In this document: positions 19,472-30,003 of the stretch, one piece after another
Numbering within the stretch: the stretch's first letter is position 1
Layout of the letters: each line of letters opens with the position of its first letter
Assembly (NCBI GenBank): GCA_965662895.1
Contig: CBFIJH010000007.1
Location: forward strand, 42,346-106,345
From: Candidatus Poseidoniaceae archaeon
GTDB taxonomy: Archaea; Thermoplasmatota; Poseidoniia; Poseidoniales; Poseidoniaceae
DNA length: 64,000 nucleotides
Reading direction: 5' to 3'
Program-made: the position numbers and the translations under genes
Notes under the pieces: model-generated
What the model was told of the DNA's origin: nothing
Database searches by the model: none
What the model saw: only the letters and a program-made list of their open reading frames with translations

Positions 19472-21096
19472 GGCAACGATTGTCCACTCGATGCGAGAAG
19501 GAGACCGAGGAATGGAGGGCTTGGTCTTCCTGGCCGAGATTTGAATTCAGGATGATACTGAACACCAACGTAGTATGGATGTCCCTCGAGTTCGAAAATT
19601 TCGCATCGTTGTCCACTCTCATCTTTGCCAACAAATTTGAGTCCAGCAGCCTCGATTTTCTCAACCAAATCGGGATTGATTTCGTAACGGTGTCGATGAC
19701 GTTCATCGACCGAATCAAGACCTCCATACAGTCGTTTCATTGTACAATCGTCAACTTGGAAGATGGTCGGACGTGATCCTAAACGCATTGTCCCTCCAAG
19801 ATGCGTCTTGGAAATTTCTGGCATGAAGATAACTGCAGGATTTGCTGCATCGGCATCAAACTCTGTGGAAGTTGCATCCTTGATGTTGAGAACGTTGCGA
19901 CAGAATTCAATGGCTGCGACCTGCAATCCAAGACAAATACCAAGGTAAGGGACATCGTTTTCACGAGCGTATTGAGCAGCCAGAACTTTTCCTTCAATAC
20001 CACGGTCTCCAAATCCACCAGGAACCAATATCCCATTTGCATTGCGCAACAAATTCCATGCTTCAGCGTTCTTGGTATCTTCCAAATCGCTGGCTTCAAT
20101 CCAATCGATGACCAATTTTCGGTCGACTGCAATTGCTGCGTGTTGGAGAGACTTGATGACCGAAAGATACGCATCCGAAAGGTCGGTGTATTTTCCAACC
20201 ATTGCAATGTGGACTTCTTCTGTTAATTGATCGAGGCGATGAGCCATAGCTCTCCATTCCTTGAGCAGCCCTGTCTTGTCACAATCGATGTCGAGGATGT
20301 TGCAGAAACCTTGTTCTTCAAGCATCAATGGGACGTGATAGATGTTTGGAACATCATGCGTAGAAAAGACAGCATCGGGGTGAACATGACAGAATGCAGA
20401 AAGTTTCTCACGAGTTTCATTGTTGAGAGGATTGCTTGATCGACAGACAAGGACATCAGGCGTTATCCCTAAGCCCATCAATTCTTTTACGGTGTGTTGG
20501 GTGGGCTTTGTCTTTTGTTCACCAACAGGGCCCAAGACAGGAACAAGCGATACGTGGACAAATGTCACATTGTCTCGTCCGACTCGAAATTGGAATTGAC
20601 GTAGTGCTTCAAGATAGGGTGCGCTTTCGATGTCTCCAACCGTTCCTCCGAGTTCGATGATGCAAACGTCTGGTGTTTCATCCGAACCGTCAGCAGGGCG
20701 CTGAGCAACATCCACAATCCAATCTTGGACTGCGTCTGTAATGTGCGGGATGACCTGAACCGTCTTGCCAAGATAATCGCCTCGTCGTTCAGCTTCAAGC
20801 ACTTTGGAGTAGACTTTCCCAGTTGTCAGGTTGTTATCCCGAGCGAGATTGAGGTCGAGAAAACGTTCGTAATTTCCAAGGTCAAGGTCGACTTCTCCTC
20901 CATCATCGAGAACGAAGACTTCACCATGCTCGAACGGACTCATCGTACCGGCATCACTGTTCAAGTACGGGTCAATTTTTATCGATGTGACTCGCAATCC
21001 AGCGCTTTTGAGGAGTACACCGATGCTGCTTGCAGTAACACCTTTGCCCAAGCCACTGAGCACTCCTCCGCTGACAATTACGTACTTCAAACCCAT
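19468..21096 (-). CDS. pyrG: CTP synthase
   Basis: [46 protein letters not shown], glutaminase GICLG and HPE. Confidence 0.98.
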   Translation of the reverse strand: MGLKYVIVSGGVLSGLGKGVTASSIGVLLKSAGLRVTSIKIDPYLNSDAGTMSPFEHGEVFVLDDGGEVDLDLGNYERFLDLNLARDNNLTTGKVYSKVLEAERRGDYLGKTVQVIPHITDAVQDWIVDVAQRPADGSDETPDVCIIELGGTVGDIESAPYLEALRQFQFRVGRDNVTFVHVSLVPVLGPVGEQKTKPTQHTVKELMGLGITPDVLVCRSSNPLNNETREKLSAFCHVHPDAVFSTHDVPNIYHVPLMLEEQGFCNILDIDCDKTGLLKEWRAMAHRLDQLTEEVHIAMVGKYTDLSDAYLSVIKSLQHAAIAVDRKLVIDWIEASDLEDTKNAEAWNLLRNANGILVPGGFGDRGIEGKVLAAQYARENDVPYLGICLGLQVAAIEFCRNVLNIKDATSTEFDADAANPAVIFMPEISKTHLGGTMRLGSRPTIFQVDDCTMKRLYGGLDSVDERHRHRYEINPDLVEKIEAAGLKFVGKDESGQRCEIFELEGHPYYVGVQYHPEFKSRPGRPSPPFLGLLLASSGQSLP

Positions 21097-21198
21097 CAAC
21101 GGGATTCAAAGCGGTCGCGCATACCATATGAATATTGGCTAAGAAGACCAAGTTTGTTGCATCTCTAGTTTCAAGTATCGTCACAAGAAGGGCAGCCT

Positions 21199-22158
21199 AT
21201 GCCGGGATTGGATGGGGATAGGATTCTTGTCACCGGAGCATTGGGCCAAATTGGAACTGAACTCGTCGAGGCTTTACGAGAAAAACACGGCGTTGATTCT
21301 GTCATTGCCTCAGATATTCGAAGTGATGCACACAATACTGAAAACGACAAAGGCCCGTATGTAACCCTCGACGTTTTGAATCAGGACGCAATCACCAAAC
21401 TGTGCAAATCTGAATCTGTTGATACCGTCTACCACCTTGCTGCATTGTTGTCCGCAACCGGGGAGCAAAATCCTGAGTTGTGCCGCAAAGTGAACATTGA
21501 CGGAACAGTATCCGTCCTCGAGTCTGCACGAGCATGCCAAATGCGCGTATTTACGCCTTCATCGATCGCAGTTTTCGGTCCGGATGCTCCAAAACATGCT
21601 CCCCAAGTTACAGAACTGAACCCGACAACGGTGTACGGAGAAACCAAGGTGAAAGGGGAACAGCTTGGTAGAGAATACTGGGACAAGCATGGTATCGACG
21701 TTCGTGGCATTCGTTATCCTGGTCTCATTTCATACAAAGCTCCAGCAGGCGGTGGTACGACGGATTACGCTGTGGAAATTTTCGAGGCTGCCTTGAAGGA
21801 TGGTTCTTACAACTGTTTTGTCCGTCCAGATACGCGCCTGCCGATGCTCTACATGGATGATGCAATACAAGCCACATTGATGCTGATGGATGCAGATAGC
21901 GATGCACTTGGACCATCCAAAGCCGGCTACAACATCGATTGTTACTCCTTCACAGCCCAAGAACTTGCGAATGCAATCGCACGGGAAGTGGATGGATTTA
22001 CCTGTGAATTCACTCCCGATGTGCGCCAGACATATGCGGATTCATGGCCCGATTCCATCGATGGATCTGTAGCAAAAGAAGAATGGAATTGGTCACCAAA
22101 GTTTGATCTTGACCAAATGGTCAAAGCGATGCTGAATGGTTTGTCAAATCAACAATGA
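21199..22158 (+). CDS. L-threonine 3-dehydrogenase, SDR (GalE-like) type
   Basis: GALGQIG, HLAALLSATGE, PSSIAVFG, YGETK, RYPGLIS, GGGTTDYAV, ADSWP. Confidence 0.85.
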   Translation: MPGLDGDRILVTGALGQIGTELVEALREKHGVDSVIASDIRSDAHNTENDKGPYVTLDVLNQDAITKLCKSESVDTVYHLAALLSATGEQNPELCRKVNIDGTVSVLESARACQMRVFTPSSIAVFGPDAPKHAPQVTELNPTTVYGETKVKGEQLGREYWDKHGIDVRGIRYPGLISYKAPAGGGTTDYAVEIFEAALKDGSYNCFVRPDTRLPMLYMDDAIQATLMLMDADSDALGPSKAGYNIDCYSFTAQELANAIAREVDGFTCEFTPDVRQTYADSWPDSIDGSVAKEEWNWSPKFDLDQMVKAMLNGLSNQQ

Positions 22159-22182
22159 ATTCCCATTGCATCCATTGGAAGC

Positions 22183-23739
22183 TTACTGTGAAATCCACTT
22201 GTATGTTCTTGCACCTTCATTGGCGCCTTCCTCGCCAATTTCGACAAGAGCAAATTCACCACGTGGAGAAACAACGCTGTCTTCTTGCAATCCTTTGTGG
22301 AGGTTTTCGTAGGTGAATTGGTCGATTGCAACGCGACCAGCAAGGCGTTCAAACAACTGCCATCGTGCAACAACTTCCCGCCATTGAGGAGCAACCATTC
22401 CTTCGAAAACTTTCGCTTTCGCACCCGAACCGTACCCACATAGGCCAAACAATTCACCTTCAAGTTTGGAGTTGTCTTCCAAATCGGATTCAAATGTGGA
22501 CATGAGCGCTAAGAAGATGGAGCCTGTATATTGGTTTCCAATCAAACTTGAAGCACGTTGTCCTTTCTCAATTTGTTCTTTGTGGAATTCAAGATATTCA
22601 GGCGTTTTCGAAATCGCTCGCCTGTAACCGTCCATTCCTTTTTCCCATGCAGCCATTGCTTCGAGGTCATCGGTTTCGGGTTTTTGTGGAGGTTCGCCGA
22701 TTTGTTTGATGACACCTTGCCACATTGGCGTATTCATCCGGTCATGGCGGAACACGTCAGGAAACATTCGTTTTGCTTGGAAAGCATAAGGGAGATGCAT
22801 TATGATTCGAGACCATTGTTCAGTAAATTGCGTGTCGAGTTCTGGATCCCATCGCTTTTGCTTGATGGCTCGCTGGCTGAAATTATGGAAGGCTTGACGA
22901 ACCGCTTGCTGGTAACATCGGTTTGAGAATTGACCATCAAAAACAGGTTCATCACGATGAACACTGACGGATTCTTCACCGTGTGCAAAAATACCGAGAC
23001 GGCGAACCGTTGACTCTGGAAGGTGCTTGATCATTCGATCGACAATGCCTTTCTTGAGGGACTGTCCTGTTTCTTGGGCGAGGGTCATAACGTTGGAAAT
23101 GACGGAACGGAGACTTACATTTCGTCGAGGTTTGAAGAAATCGTGAACCGGTGTCGTCGATACGCCCCAGCAATCAGGGATGACCAACAAACGAGGATTT
23201 TGTCGTATCAACAACGCTCCTCCGCCCGCTCCCTGGGTGTATTCTCCGCTTGATTCAAGGTCGTACTTGGCGTTATCCGAGAAGATGACAATCCCGATGC
23301 GGTCGTCCTTTTCGCTTGAACGAGCAGCCCAGTCAAGTGTAGTATGCAGTGCATCGACAGCACCGATGCATGCGAAAGTCATGTCGACAACATCACAATT
23401 CCGGAAACAATCCTCTCCAAAACGGTCTTGGTAGCGTTGCGTAAGCATATCAAGGATGTATGTAGCAGTCGGCTTTGCGCCATCGAGAGCGGATTCGGTT
23501 CCAAGATACATGCGGCCAATGTCACGCGGATCGATACCATTTCGGTCGATAAGTCGCATGACTGCCATGGCACCCATCGTTGCAGTATCTTCGTGGGCAT
23601 CGGGAATTGCCATTGCTTTCAAACCGAGGCCCTTGTTGAGTTTTCCATAGTCAGCGCCTCGCATTTCTGCAAAGTCTCGCATGTCCATGTAGAGTCGCGG
23701 GAAATGAATTGCTACATCGTCAATACCGACGTTAACCAT
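22183..23739 (-). CDS. Hydroxymethylglutaryl-CoA synthase (long bacterial-like form)
   Basis: VGIDD, GTESALD, catalytic FACIG, GEYTQGAG, HLPYA, GNQYTGSIF, GYGSGA. Confidence 0.9.
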   Translation of the reverse strand: MVNVGIDDVAIHFPRLYMDMRDFAEMRGADYGKLNKGLGLKAMAIPDAHEDTATMGAMAVMRLIDRNGIDPRDIGRMYLGTESALDGAKPTATYILDMLTQRYQDRFGEDCFRNCDVVDMTFACIGAVDALHTTLDWAARSSEKDDRIGIVIFSDNAKYDLESSGEYTQGAGGGALLIRQNPRLLVIPDCWGVSTTPVHDFFKPRRNVSLRSVISNVMTLAQETGQSLKKGIVDRMIKHLPESTVRRLGIFAHGEESVSVHRDEPVFDGQFSNRCYQQAVRQAFHNFSQRAIKQKRWDPELDTQFTEQWSRIIMHLPYAFQAKRMFPDVFRHDRMNTPMWQGVIKQIGEPPQKPETDDLEAMAAWEKGMDGYRRAISKTPEYLEFHKEQIEKGQRASSLIGNQYTGSIFLALMSTFESDLEDNSKLEGELFGLCGYGSGAKAKVFEGMVAPQWREVVARWQLFERLAGRVAIDQFTYENLHKGLQEDSVVSPRGEFALVEIGEEGANEGARTYKWISQ

Positions 23740-23759
23740 GCTACCCCGGAAATTCTTGA

Positions 23760-23768
23760 ATATATATA
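23760..23768 (-). promoter_or_regulatory. Putative TATA box of the HMG-CoA synthase gene (likely leaderless transcript)
   Basis: TATATATAT run 21-29 nt upstream of the ATG at 23739. Confidence 0.45.
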
Positions 23769-23799
23769 GGCTGGTTCAAAAAAGACGCACATTTTTCAA

Positions 23800-25410
23800 T
23801 TAGCGTCGATCAGGAGCAGTTCCATCGAGCGATGCTTGAACGTCGTCAGGTACGCTGATTTCCTGTTTGGCCCAAAGCACGTCATCAATCCTTAGTACAG
23901 CGATTGTCGCCTCACTCGCACTCGATAGCGCTTGGTCAACAACCCGAGCCGGCTCGACGATCTTTGAGGCGCGCATGTTCTCAGGCTGACGGGTCAAAAC
24001 ATTCAATCCGATTGAATCATCATCGCTTTGACTTTGCAATGAGACAAGTTGCAGGAGCGTGTCGATCGGATCCATACCAGCATTTTCAGCAAGAATACGC
24101 GGAATCGTCTCAAGCCCATCAGCAAAAGCCTCAATCGCCATTTGTTCCCTCCCAGGAACAGTTTCTGCATATCGTCGCAATCGACGTGCAAGAGCGATGT
24201 AGGTCGCACCTCCGCCTGGCGTAAGTTCTGGATTCTCTTTCAGTCGACAAGCAACACCCAAAGCATCAGCAAAGCAACGTTGAACCTCTCCAACCACTGT
24301 TTCGGTGCTCCCTGTTGCAACAAAGGTTGCACCACCTTCATCGGCTTCGAGAATCCAGTGGTCAACATCGCCCCAGCGTTCGCACCGACTGGAAATGAAT
24401 ACACCAATATCGGTTTTCTTCGCTTCATGGATGGATGGAATTAACTTGGCACCGCATCCCCTCGCAAGAAGTTCAAGATCGCTCTTTGCGACGCGTCGGA
24501 ACGCCTTGATACCAGCGTTGGCAAGATGCACATGCATGCTCTCATCAATACCTTCTCGGCAAGCAAGAAGGGTGACATCCAAATCAACAAGCATCTTGAC
24601 TTGTTCAAGCAAACGCTGTTCTTCAGCATCACGGAAGGATTGCAGTACGCTCGCTGAAGTAACATTGAGTTGAACATCCGTGGACAATGAACGAAGTTCG
24701 AGTCCCCCATCGACCAAAAGAATCGATCCTGCTTTCAGCGATGCAGGCATCTCAACATGTGCTCGTTTTTTTGGAAGTGCGAGACCGGTGATGAGTTTCG
24801 ATTGTTCAAGCGAAGGGCCGCTGCGTGTGATGACTTTTACTCTGGTTGGATCGGCAACAATCTTCCCATTTGATTCCATAAGAATAGCTTCAGCAGCATC
24901 GACTGCACACGCAGAAATTGTTGACTGCATCTTTTGATGCAATTTCCCAGCAAGGGATGTCATTGCAGCATGTTGAATGTCTTCATTCGTGGCTTGATAT
25001 GTCAAAGCGCTGAGGTGTTCCTTGCAGTACACTTCAGCCATCCGATATCCACGGGCAATGGTTGCTGGATGTACACCTTGTACGACGAGATGCCAGGCGT
25101 TTTGCAACCATTCAGCAGCGAGCAAGACCGTGGAAGTCGTTCCGTCGCGAACGGTTTGATCTTGCGTAGCACTGGCGGAGATTAACATGTGTGCGATTGG
25201 ATGTTCAACCTTGGCTGATTCAAGGACAGTGATTCCATCGTTCGTAACCATGCTTCGCCCTTCATCATCGACCAACAATTTGTCGAGACCTTTTGGCCCT
25301 AGGGTAGAGCGAACTGCTCCAGCGAGTGCAACTGCAGCTTGTATGTTCTTGCGAAGAGCATCACGGCCCGTCGTACGGTCCGTCTCTTCAAGAATCGGAA
25401 CATCGCTCAT
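23800..25410 (-). CDS. Group II chaperonin (thermosome) subunit, divergent paralog
   Basis: RSTLGPKGLDK, VTNDG, VEHP, DGTTS, GGGA, IPRILAENAGMDP, LRIDDV. Start 25410 or 25416. Confidence 0.9.
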   Translation of the reverse strand: MSDVPILEETDRTTGRDALRKNIQAAVALAGAVRSTLGPKGLDKLLVDDEGRSMVTNDGITVLESAKVEHPIAHMLISASATQDQTVRDGTTSTVLLAAEWLQNAWHLVVQGVHPATIARGYRMAEVYCKEHLSALTYQATNEDIQHAAMTSLAGKLHQKMQSTISACAVDAAEAILMESNGKIVADPTRVKVITRSGPSLEQSKLITGLALPKKRAHVEMPASLKAGSILLVDGGLELRSLSTDVQLNVTSASVLQSFRDAEEQRLLEQVKMLVDLDVTLLACREGIDESMHVHLANAGIKAFRRVAKSDLELLARGCGAKLIPSIHEAKKTDIGVFISSRCERWGDVDHWILEADEGGATFVATGSTETVVGEVQRCFADALGVACRLKENPELTPGGGATYIALARRLRRYAETVPGREQMAIEAFADGLETIPRILAENAGMDPIDTLLQLVSLQSQSDDDSIGLNVLTRQPENMRASKIVEPARVVDQALSSASEATIAVLRIDDVLWAKQEISVPDDVQASLDGTAPDRR

Positions 25411-25448
25411 GGCCAAACCAACGGAGGCTTACACATAAGGACAATGTT

Positions 25449-27335
25449 TCAGTCTTCTTCGTCAACGACTTCGAAGTCTGCATCGACGACATCGTCGCTT
25501 TCAACGTTGATGTCTCCATCGCCTTCACCGTTCTCGGATTCTGCCATTTCAGCGGCCGCAGCTTCGTACAACTTTGAAGAAATTGCGTGCATTGATTCTT
25601 CAACTTCCTTGACCTTGGCTTGAATTGCAGCCTCATCCATGGCTTCGTCATCGATTGGTTTTCCGTCATCATCTTGAACAAGTGCTTCGAGTTCTGAAAG
25701 CTTCTCACGTACGGGTTCAAGGTCGGAAGCATCGAGTTTGTCCTCGTTTTCATCGAGCGTTCGACGAGTCTGATAGACAATTTGATCGGCCATATTTCGC
25801 AACTCAATCTTGGCTTTTCGACGCTTATCTTCCTCTGCAAAGGATTCTGCTTCAGCAATCTTGGCTTGAATCTCTTCTTCGGAGAGGGAGGTTTGTGATT
25901 CAATCTTGATCGATTGTTCCTTTCCAGTACCCATGTCTTTGGCGCTCACGTTAACGATTCCGTTTGCATCGATATCAAAGGTGACTTCGATTTGAGGGAC
26001 GCCGCGCGGTGCGGGGGGGATATCCGTTAAGTGGAATTGGCCCAGCGTTACGTTGTCTTTAGCAAATTCGCGCTCACCCTGGAGGACGTGGATTTCAACA
26101 GCCGGCTGATTGTCGCTTGCGGTTGAATAAATCTCACTCCGACGTGCTGGAATGGTTGTGTTTCGCTCGATCATGGTCGTTGTGACGCCACCAAGCGTCT
26201 CAATACCCAAGGTGAGCGGTGTGACGTCAAGCAAGAGAATGTCAGAGACATCATCGTCTCCAGCAATGATCCCTGCTTGGAGAGCGGCACCCATGGCAAC
26301 GGCTTCATCGGGGTTGATACCCTTGTAGGGGGCTTTTCCAGTTTCTTTCTCAATCGCTGATTGAACTGCCGGTACACGTGTGGAGCCACCGACGAGAATG
26401 ACTTTGTCGACGTCACCTTTCTTGACGCCAGCATCTTTCATGGCTTGGCGAGTTGGTGCCATCGTATCCTCGATGTGCTTGGCGATGAGGTCTTCGAATC
26501 GAGCACGAGAGAGTGTAATGTCAAGGTGCTCAGGGTTTCCGTCTTTCATTGTAATGAATGGAAGATTGATTTGGGAGGACTGTGTTCCTGAGAGTTCAAT
26601 CTTCGCCTTTTCTGCGGCTTCTTTGAGTCGACTCATGGCCTGATTGTCCTTGGACAAATCGATACCAGTTTCACGCTTGAATTCGCTCACGAGCCATTCA
26701 ATGATGCGATCGTCGAAATCATCGCCACCAAGTTTGTTGTTACCGGCAGTCGCCTTAACTTCGATTTGTGGTTGTCCGTCAACATCGTAAATCTCAAGAA
26801 TCGAAACGTCAAACGTTCCGCCACCGAGGTCGTAGACGAGGATGGTTTGGTCGTCGCCCTTGTCCGCCCCGTAAGCAAGCGCAGCAGCGGTTGGTTCGTT
26901 GATGATTCGAAGAACATCCATGCCAGCGATTCGTCCAGCATCCTTTGTTGCTTTCCGTTGTGCATCGGTAAAATAGGCAGGACATGTAATGACCGCTTGC
27001 TTTACTTCATGACCCAAGTAAGCCTCTGCATCCGCCTTCAACTTCTGCAGAATAAACGCAGAGATTTCTTGTGGCGTGTACTCCGTTCCATCGATATCCG
27101 TTTTCCAATCAGTCCCCATGTGTCGCTTGACAGAAATCATGGTGCGGTCTGGGTTTGTGACGGCTTGTCGCTTTGCGGTGATTCCAATCAAACGCTCGCC
27201 ATCTTTGTTGAAAGCGACAACAGAAGGTGTTGTTCGTGCGCCTTCAGCGTTGGCAATAACAACGGGTTCGCCGTTCTCGATTGTCGCTACGCAGCTGTTG
27301 GTTGTTCCAAGGTCAATTCCGATTACTTTGCTCAT
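25449..27335 (-). CDS. dnaK: Chaperone DnaK (Hsp70)
   Basis: [65 protein letters not shown] supports start 27335. Confidence 0.98.
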   Translation of the reverse strand: MSKVIGIDLGTTNSCVATIENGEPVVIANAEGARTTPSVVAFNKDGERLIGITAKRQAVTNPDRTMISVKRHMGTDWKTDIDGTEYTPQEISAFILQKLKADAEAYLGHEVKQAVITCPAYFTDAQRKATKDAGRIAGMDVLRIINEPTAAALAYGADKGDDQTILVYDLGGGTFDVSILEIYDVDGQPQIEVKATAGNNKLGGDDFDDRIIEWLVSEFKRETGIDLSKDNQAMSRLKEAAEKAKIELSGTQSSQINLPFITMKDGNPEHLDITLSRARFEDLIAKHIEDTMAPTRQAMKDAGVKKGDVDKVILVGGSTRVPAVQSAIEKETGKAPYKGINPDEAVAMGAALQAGIIAGDDDVSDILLLDVTPLTLGIETLGGVTTTMIERNTTIPARRSEIYSTASDNQPAVEIHVLQGEREFAKDNVTLGQFHLTDIPPAPRGVPQIEVTFDIDANGIVNVSAKDMGTGKEQSIKIESQTSLSEEEIQAKIAEAESFAEEDKRRKAKIELRNMADQIVYQTRRTLDENEDKLDASDLEPVREKLSELEALVQDDDGKPIDDEAMDEAAIQAKVKEVEESMHAISSKLYEAAAAEMAESENGEGDGDINVESDDVVDADFEVVDEED

Positions 27336-27351
27336 TTTGTTCATCTCCTTT

Positions 27352-28050
27352 TCATAGAATTGGGATTCCTCCATCGTCGTCGTCATCGTCGTCATCGTCC
27401 GCTAGGTCGATGGCGATGTCGCTACTTTGGGGAATGGAATCGTCACCATCTTCCGATGGTGGTAGAGCTGCGAAGGCATCCTCTGGAGGAATCAAGCGCA
27501 GGGTGATGTCGAGAATACCGTTGTTCAGTGTGAAGTCAACAACGTCCTCGCAAGCATGTGGAAGTTCGATTCGAGCAACAGGTGCGAGTTGGGTGGATCG
27601 GTGGACCTCAACAAGCGTTCCTCCATCGATAAGATTCAATTCGACTTGATCTTGTTCAAGTTCTTTCTTTGCAAAATCAACAGTGATGGTCATGTTCCAT
27701 CCTTCAAGGTAAACATCGTCTGCCGGTAGCACCATGTCGTCTTGGTCATCACCGTCGGGTGTCTCGATTTCAACGGGAGAAGCATCAACACGAACATCAA
27801 CGCCCATGTTCTTGAACAACTCATTGAAGTCCATACCGGGTTGGAAGAAGTTTTGCAGATTGCTCAAATCGAAGTTGAAGTTGACATCGCCTTTGGCCAA
27901 TCGCTCTTCATCGATTCCCATCTTTTCGAATTGTGAGCGAAATTGCTGGAGAAGTGTGCGTAGTTGTTCTCTGGACATGTTCATGCCCATGTTGGAAAGG
28001 AGGCGCTCAAGTTGATCCAACATCTTCTCTTCCCAATCGTCACCTGCCAT
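27352..28050 (-). CDS. Hsp20/alpha-crystallin-like small heat shock protein
   Basis: RIELP...[12 protein letters not shown] alpha-crystallin motif, long N-terminal arm, poly-Asp tail ending IPI. GGTGA RBS. Confidence 0.7.
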   Translation of the reverse strand: MAGDDWEEKMLDQLERLLSNMGMNMSREQLRTLLQQFRSQFEKMGIDEERLAKGDVNFNFDLSNLQNFFQPGMDFNELFKNMGVDVRVDASPVEIETPDGDDQDDMVLPADDVYLEGWNMTITVDFAKKELEQDQVELNLIDGGTLVEVHRSTQLAPVARIELPHACEDVVDFTLNNGILDITLRLIPPEDAFAALPPSEDGDDSIPQSSDIAIDLADDDDDDDDDGGIPIL

Positions 28051-28190
28051 CGACTTCACCACTACTTAACCTTGGGTTACATAGTTGGGATAGCAGGGTG
28101 ATATATGAACCTGACCTTTGATACACAGCGTCCGGCAATGGCGGAAAACGGCGTTCAATGAAAGCATGAGAACGGCTTCAGAATGATGCC

Positions 28191-28790
28191 TTATCTCGAT
28201 TCTTCTTCTGATTTTCTGGACGTAATAAAGGCATCAATTTTCTCGTACACCATTTGCTCATAGCCTGCAATTTTTTTGACAATCTCGTTCTCTGTTGGTC
28301 CCTTTTCCTTGAGTATTGGTACCATCGAGGACCAAACTCCCTCGCCTTTTATCCGAGAATAAATGGCAGCGGAAACGTGTGTTGCAATCATCACGTAACT
28401 CAATGTTGCACTGAATTCATGAACTGAAAGAGCTCCATCTTGCAAAGGCCCAGTTTTGATGTCTTGACTGTACAACGCAGCAATGATCAATCCGGACAGG
28501 GGTAGGAGAATCAACGCTGCGTACATGCCTCGATGCACGGATTTGGCGATGAAGGTGTGAATTCGATGCGGTGCTTCAGTCGCACCATGAAATGTGGTAA
28601 AACGTCGCATGTAGGTCAAGCGTAAGATGACAATCAACAAGAAAACTGAAGCAAAAATTGACTCGAAAATCAACAATGCTGAATCTTCCAATTGCTCGAT
28701 GTCATCGACCTGTTTGAAAATGCCGTAAGCATAAAGCGGAATAAACGTCCAATGAATCAGTTTAGCGAGGAGGGTATGTTGGGTCGCCAC
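28191..28790 (-). CDS. Cytochrome b561-like (cytochrome b/b6 domain) membrane protein
   Basis: Four TMs with heme-type His (LIHW, SVHR, VHE, THVSAA). GTG start at 28790 inferred. Confidence 0.75.
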   Translation of the reverse strand: MATQHTLLAKLIHWTFIPLYAYGIFKQVDDIEQLEDSALLIFESIFASVFLLIVILRLTYMRRFTTFHGATEAPHRIHTFIAKSVHRGMYAALILLPLSGLIIAALYSQDIKTGPLQDGALSVHEFSATLSYVMIATHVSAAIYSRIKGEGVWSSMVPILKEKGPTENEIVKKIAGYEQMVYEKIDAFITSRKSEEESR

Positions 28791-28906
28791 TACTTTTGAA
28801 ATCAAACCCTGTCGTTTATCAAAATATAGTACAGGAACAAATGAGAAAGTGTGTTCATAGAAGCGAGAGGTGCATGACCATATACTTCCATAGCAAGTCC
28901 AAAGGC

Positions 28907-29389
28907 ATGGAAGTACGACCGTTGACATTCGACGATGTTGATTCGATGTGGATCATCAACGAGCAAGGATTGCCCGGTACTGGCCAAGTTTCGAAATCCG
29001 ATCTTGGTGAGTTGCTCAACTCCTCCATCTTGTCAATCGGGGCGTTTGAAAAAGAAGACTTGACTGCATTCGTGATTTGCTTACCTCCTGGAACACGTTA
29101 TGGCAGCCTCAATTATGCATGGTTTAACAAGCGATTTGATGCTTTTCTCTATGTTGATCGAATTGCCGTATCGCAAGAACTCCGAAGTCGTGGTATTGGA
29201 ACAATGTTGTACGAACATGTCGTTTCTTACTCTATTAAGCACAACCTACCCGTCGCAGCAGAAGTCAATCTCAAGCCTCCAAACCCAGGCTCCATGAGAT
29301 TCCATTCTCGATTTAATTTTGAACAAATTGGAACACTTCAGCATGAAGACAAAGCAGTCACAATGCTGATGCGGAAGGTTGGCGATTAA
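28907..29389 (+). CDS. GNAT family N-acetyltransferase (COG3818-like)
   Basis: YGSLNYAWF, FLYVDRIAV, RSRGIGTMLY, EVNLKPPNPGSMRFH. Confidence 0.85.
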   Translation: MEVRPLTFDDVDSMWIINEQGLPGTGQVSKSDLGELLNSSILSIGAFEKEDLTAFVICLPPGTRYGSLNYAWFNKRFDAFLYVDRIAVSQELRSRGIGTMLYEHVVSYSIKHNLPVAAEVNLKPPNPGSMRFHSRFNFEQIGTLQHEDKAVTMLMRKVGD

Positions 29390-29399
29390 TCGCTTCAAT

Positions 29400-29831
29400 C
29401 TATGCTTCAGTGGGCACATCAGATGACTCATTGTCCTGGAGCCACAGGTAGCCGCCAACGACCATTGGAGTTGCAAGAACGATGTGGACAAGCATAAAGA
29501 CGAAATCAAAGCCATCCCCAAACAACGCTCCGCTGTATGAAAACAGAGTCCCGGTGATGGCGACGGTGAGACCCACGCCAATACCGAATTTTGCTAGAGC
29601 TTCCCCTTTCATCCAAAATGCACCGACAATGATGACAGGGATAATCATCATCATCATAACCCAAGTGAAGTAAACGGACTCTTGATAGGTATTGACGGCG
29701 TCTGCATTTTCAGCCATCGTTGCATTGTAGTCTTCGGTAATGCTCTCTTTTGCGAGGTCATCATCCAATGCGATGGGTAGGGTGTCAACGAAGGTAATAC
29801 TCAGGCCGTGGAAGAGAACGAAAAAGATCAA
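29400..29831 (-). CDS. Four-TM membrane protein; true start may be ATG 29869 across a homopolymer frameshift
   Basis: Four hydrophobic segments. No in-frame ATG upstream. An out-of-frame ATG would join the frame if the A6 run were A7. Confidence 0.6.
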   Translation of the reverse strand: MIFFVLFHGLSITFVDTLPIALDDDLAKESITEDYNATMAENADAVNTYQESVYFTWVMMMMIIPVIIVGAFWMKGEALAKFGIGVGLTVAITGTLFSYSGALFGDGFDFVFMLVHIVLATPMVVGGYLWLQDNESSDVPTEA

Positions 29832-30003
29832 CCATACTTTCGGATTCAGAACTTTTTTGCTGTGCTCATGTGGCTGTCTCGCTTTTGCGAATTATAGTCT
29901 CTTTCACGATATTTCAATTTGAGTCACGAACGAGGACCATTGGAGTTAGACGGAAACAGCACTTTATTGGCTTTATTGAAGGAGGGTGATTTGGAGGCAG
30001 AGA

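Noticed and set aside
27372-27399. (TCG/TCA)n trinucleotide repeat
   Set aside because: It encodes the poly-Asp tail of the Hsp20-like protein and is not an independent repeat element.
26766-27506. 246-aa ORF antisense to dnaK
   Set aside because: Long antisense frames are a well-known by-product of dnaK codon usage. No recognisable motifs.
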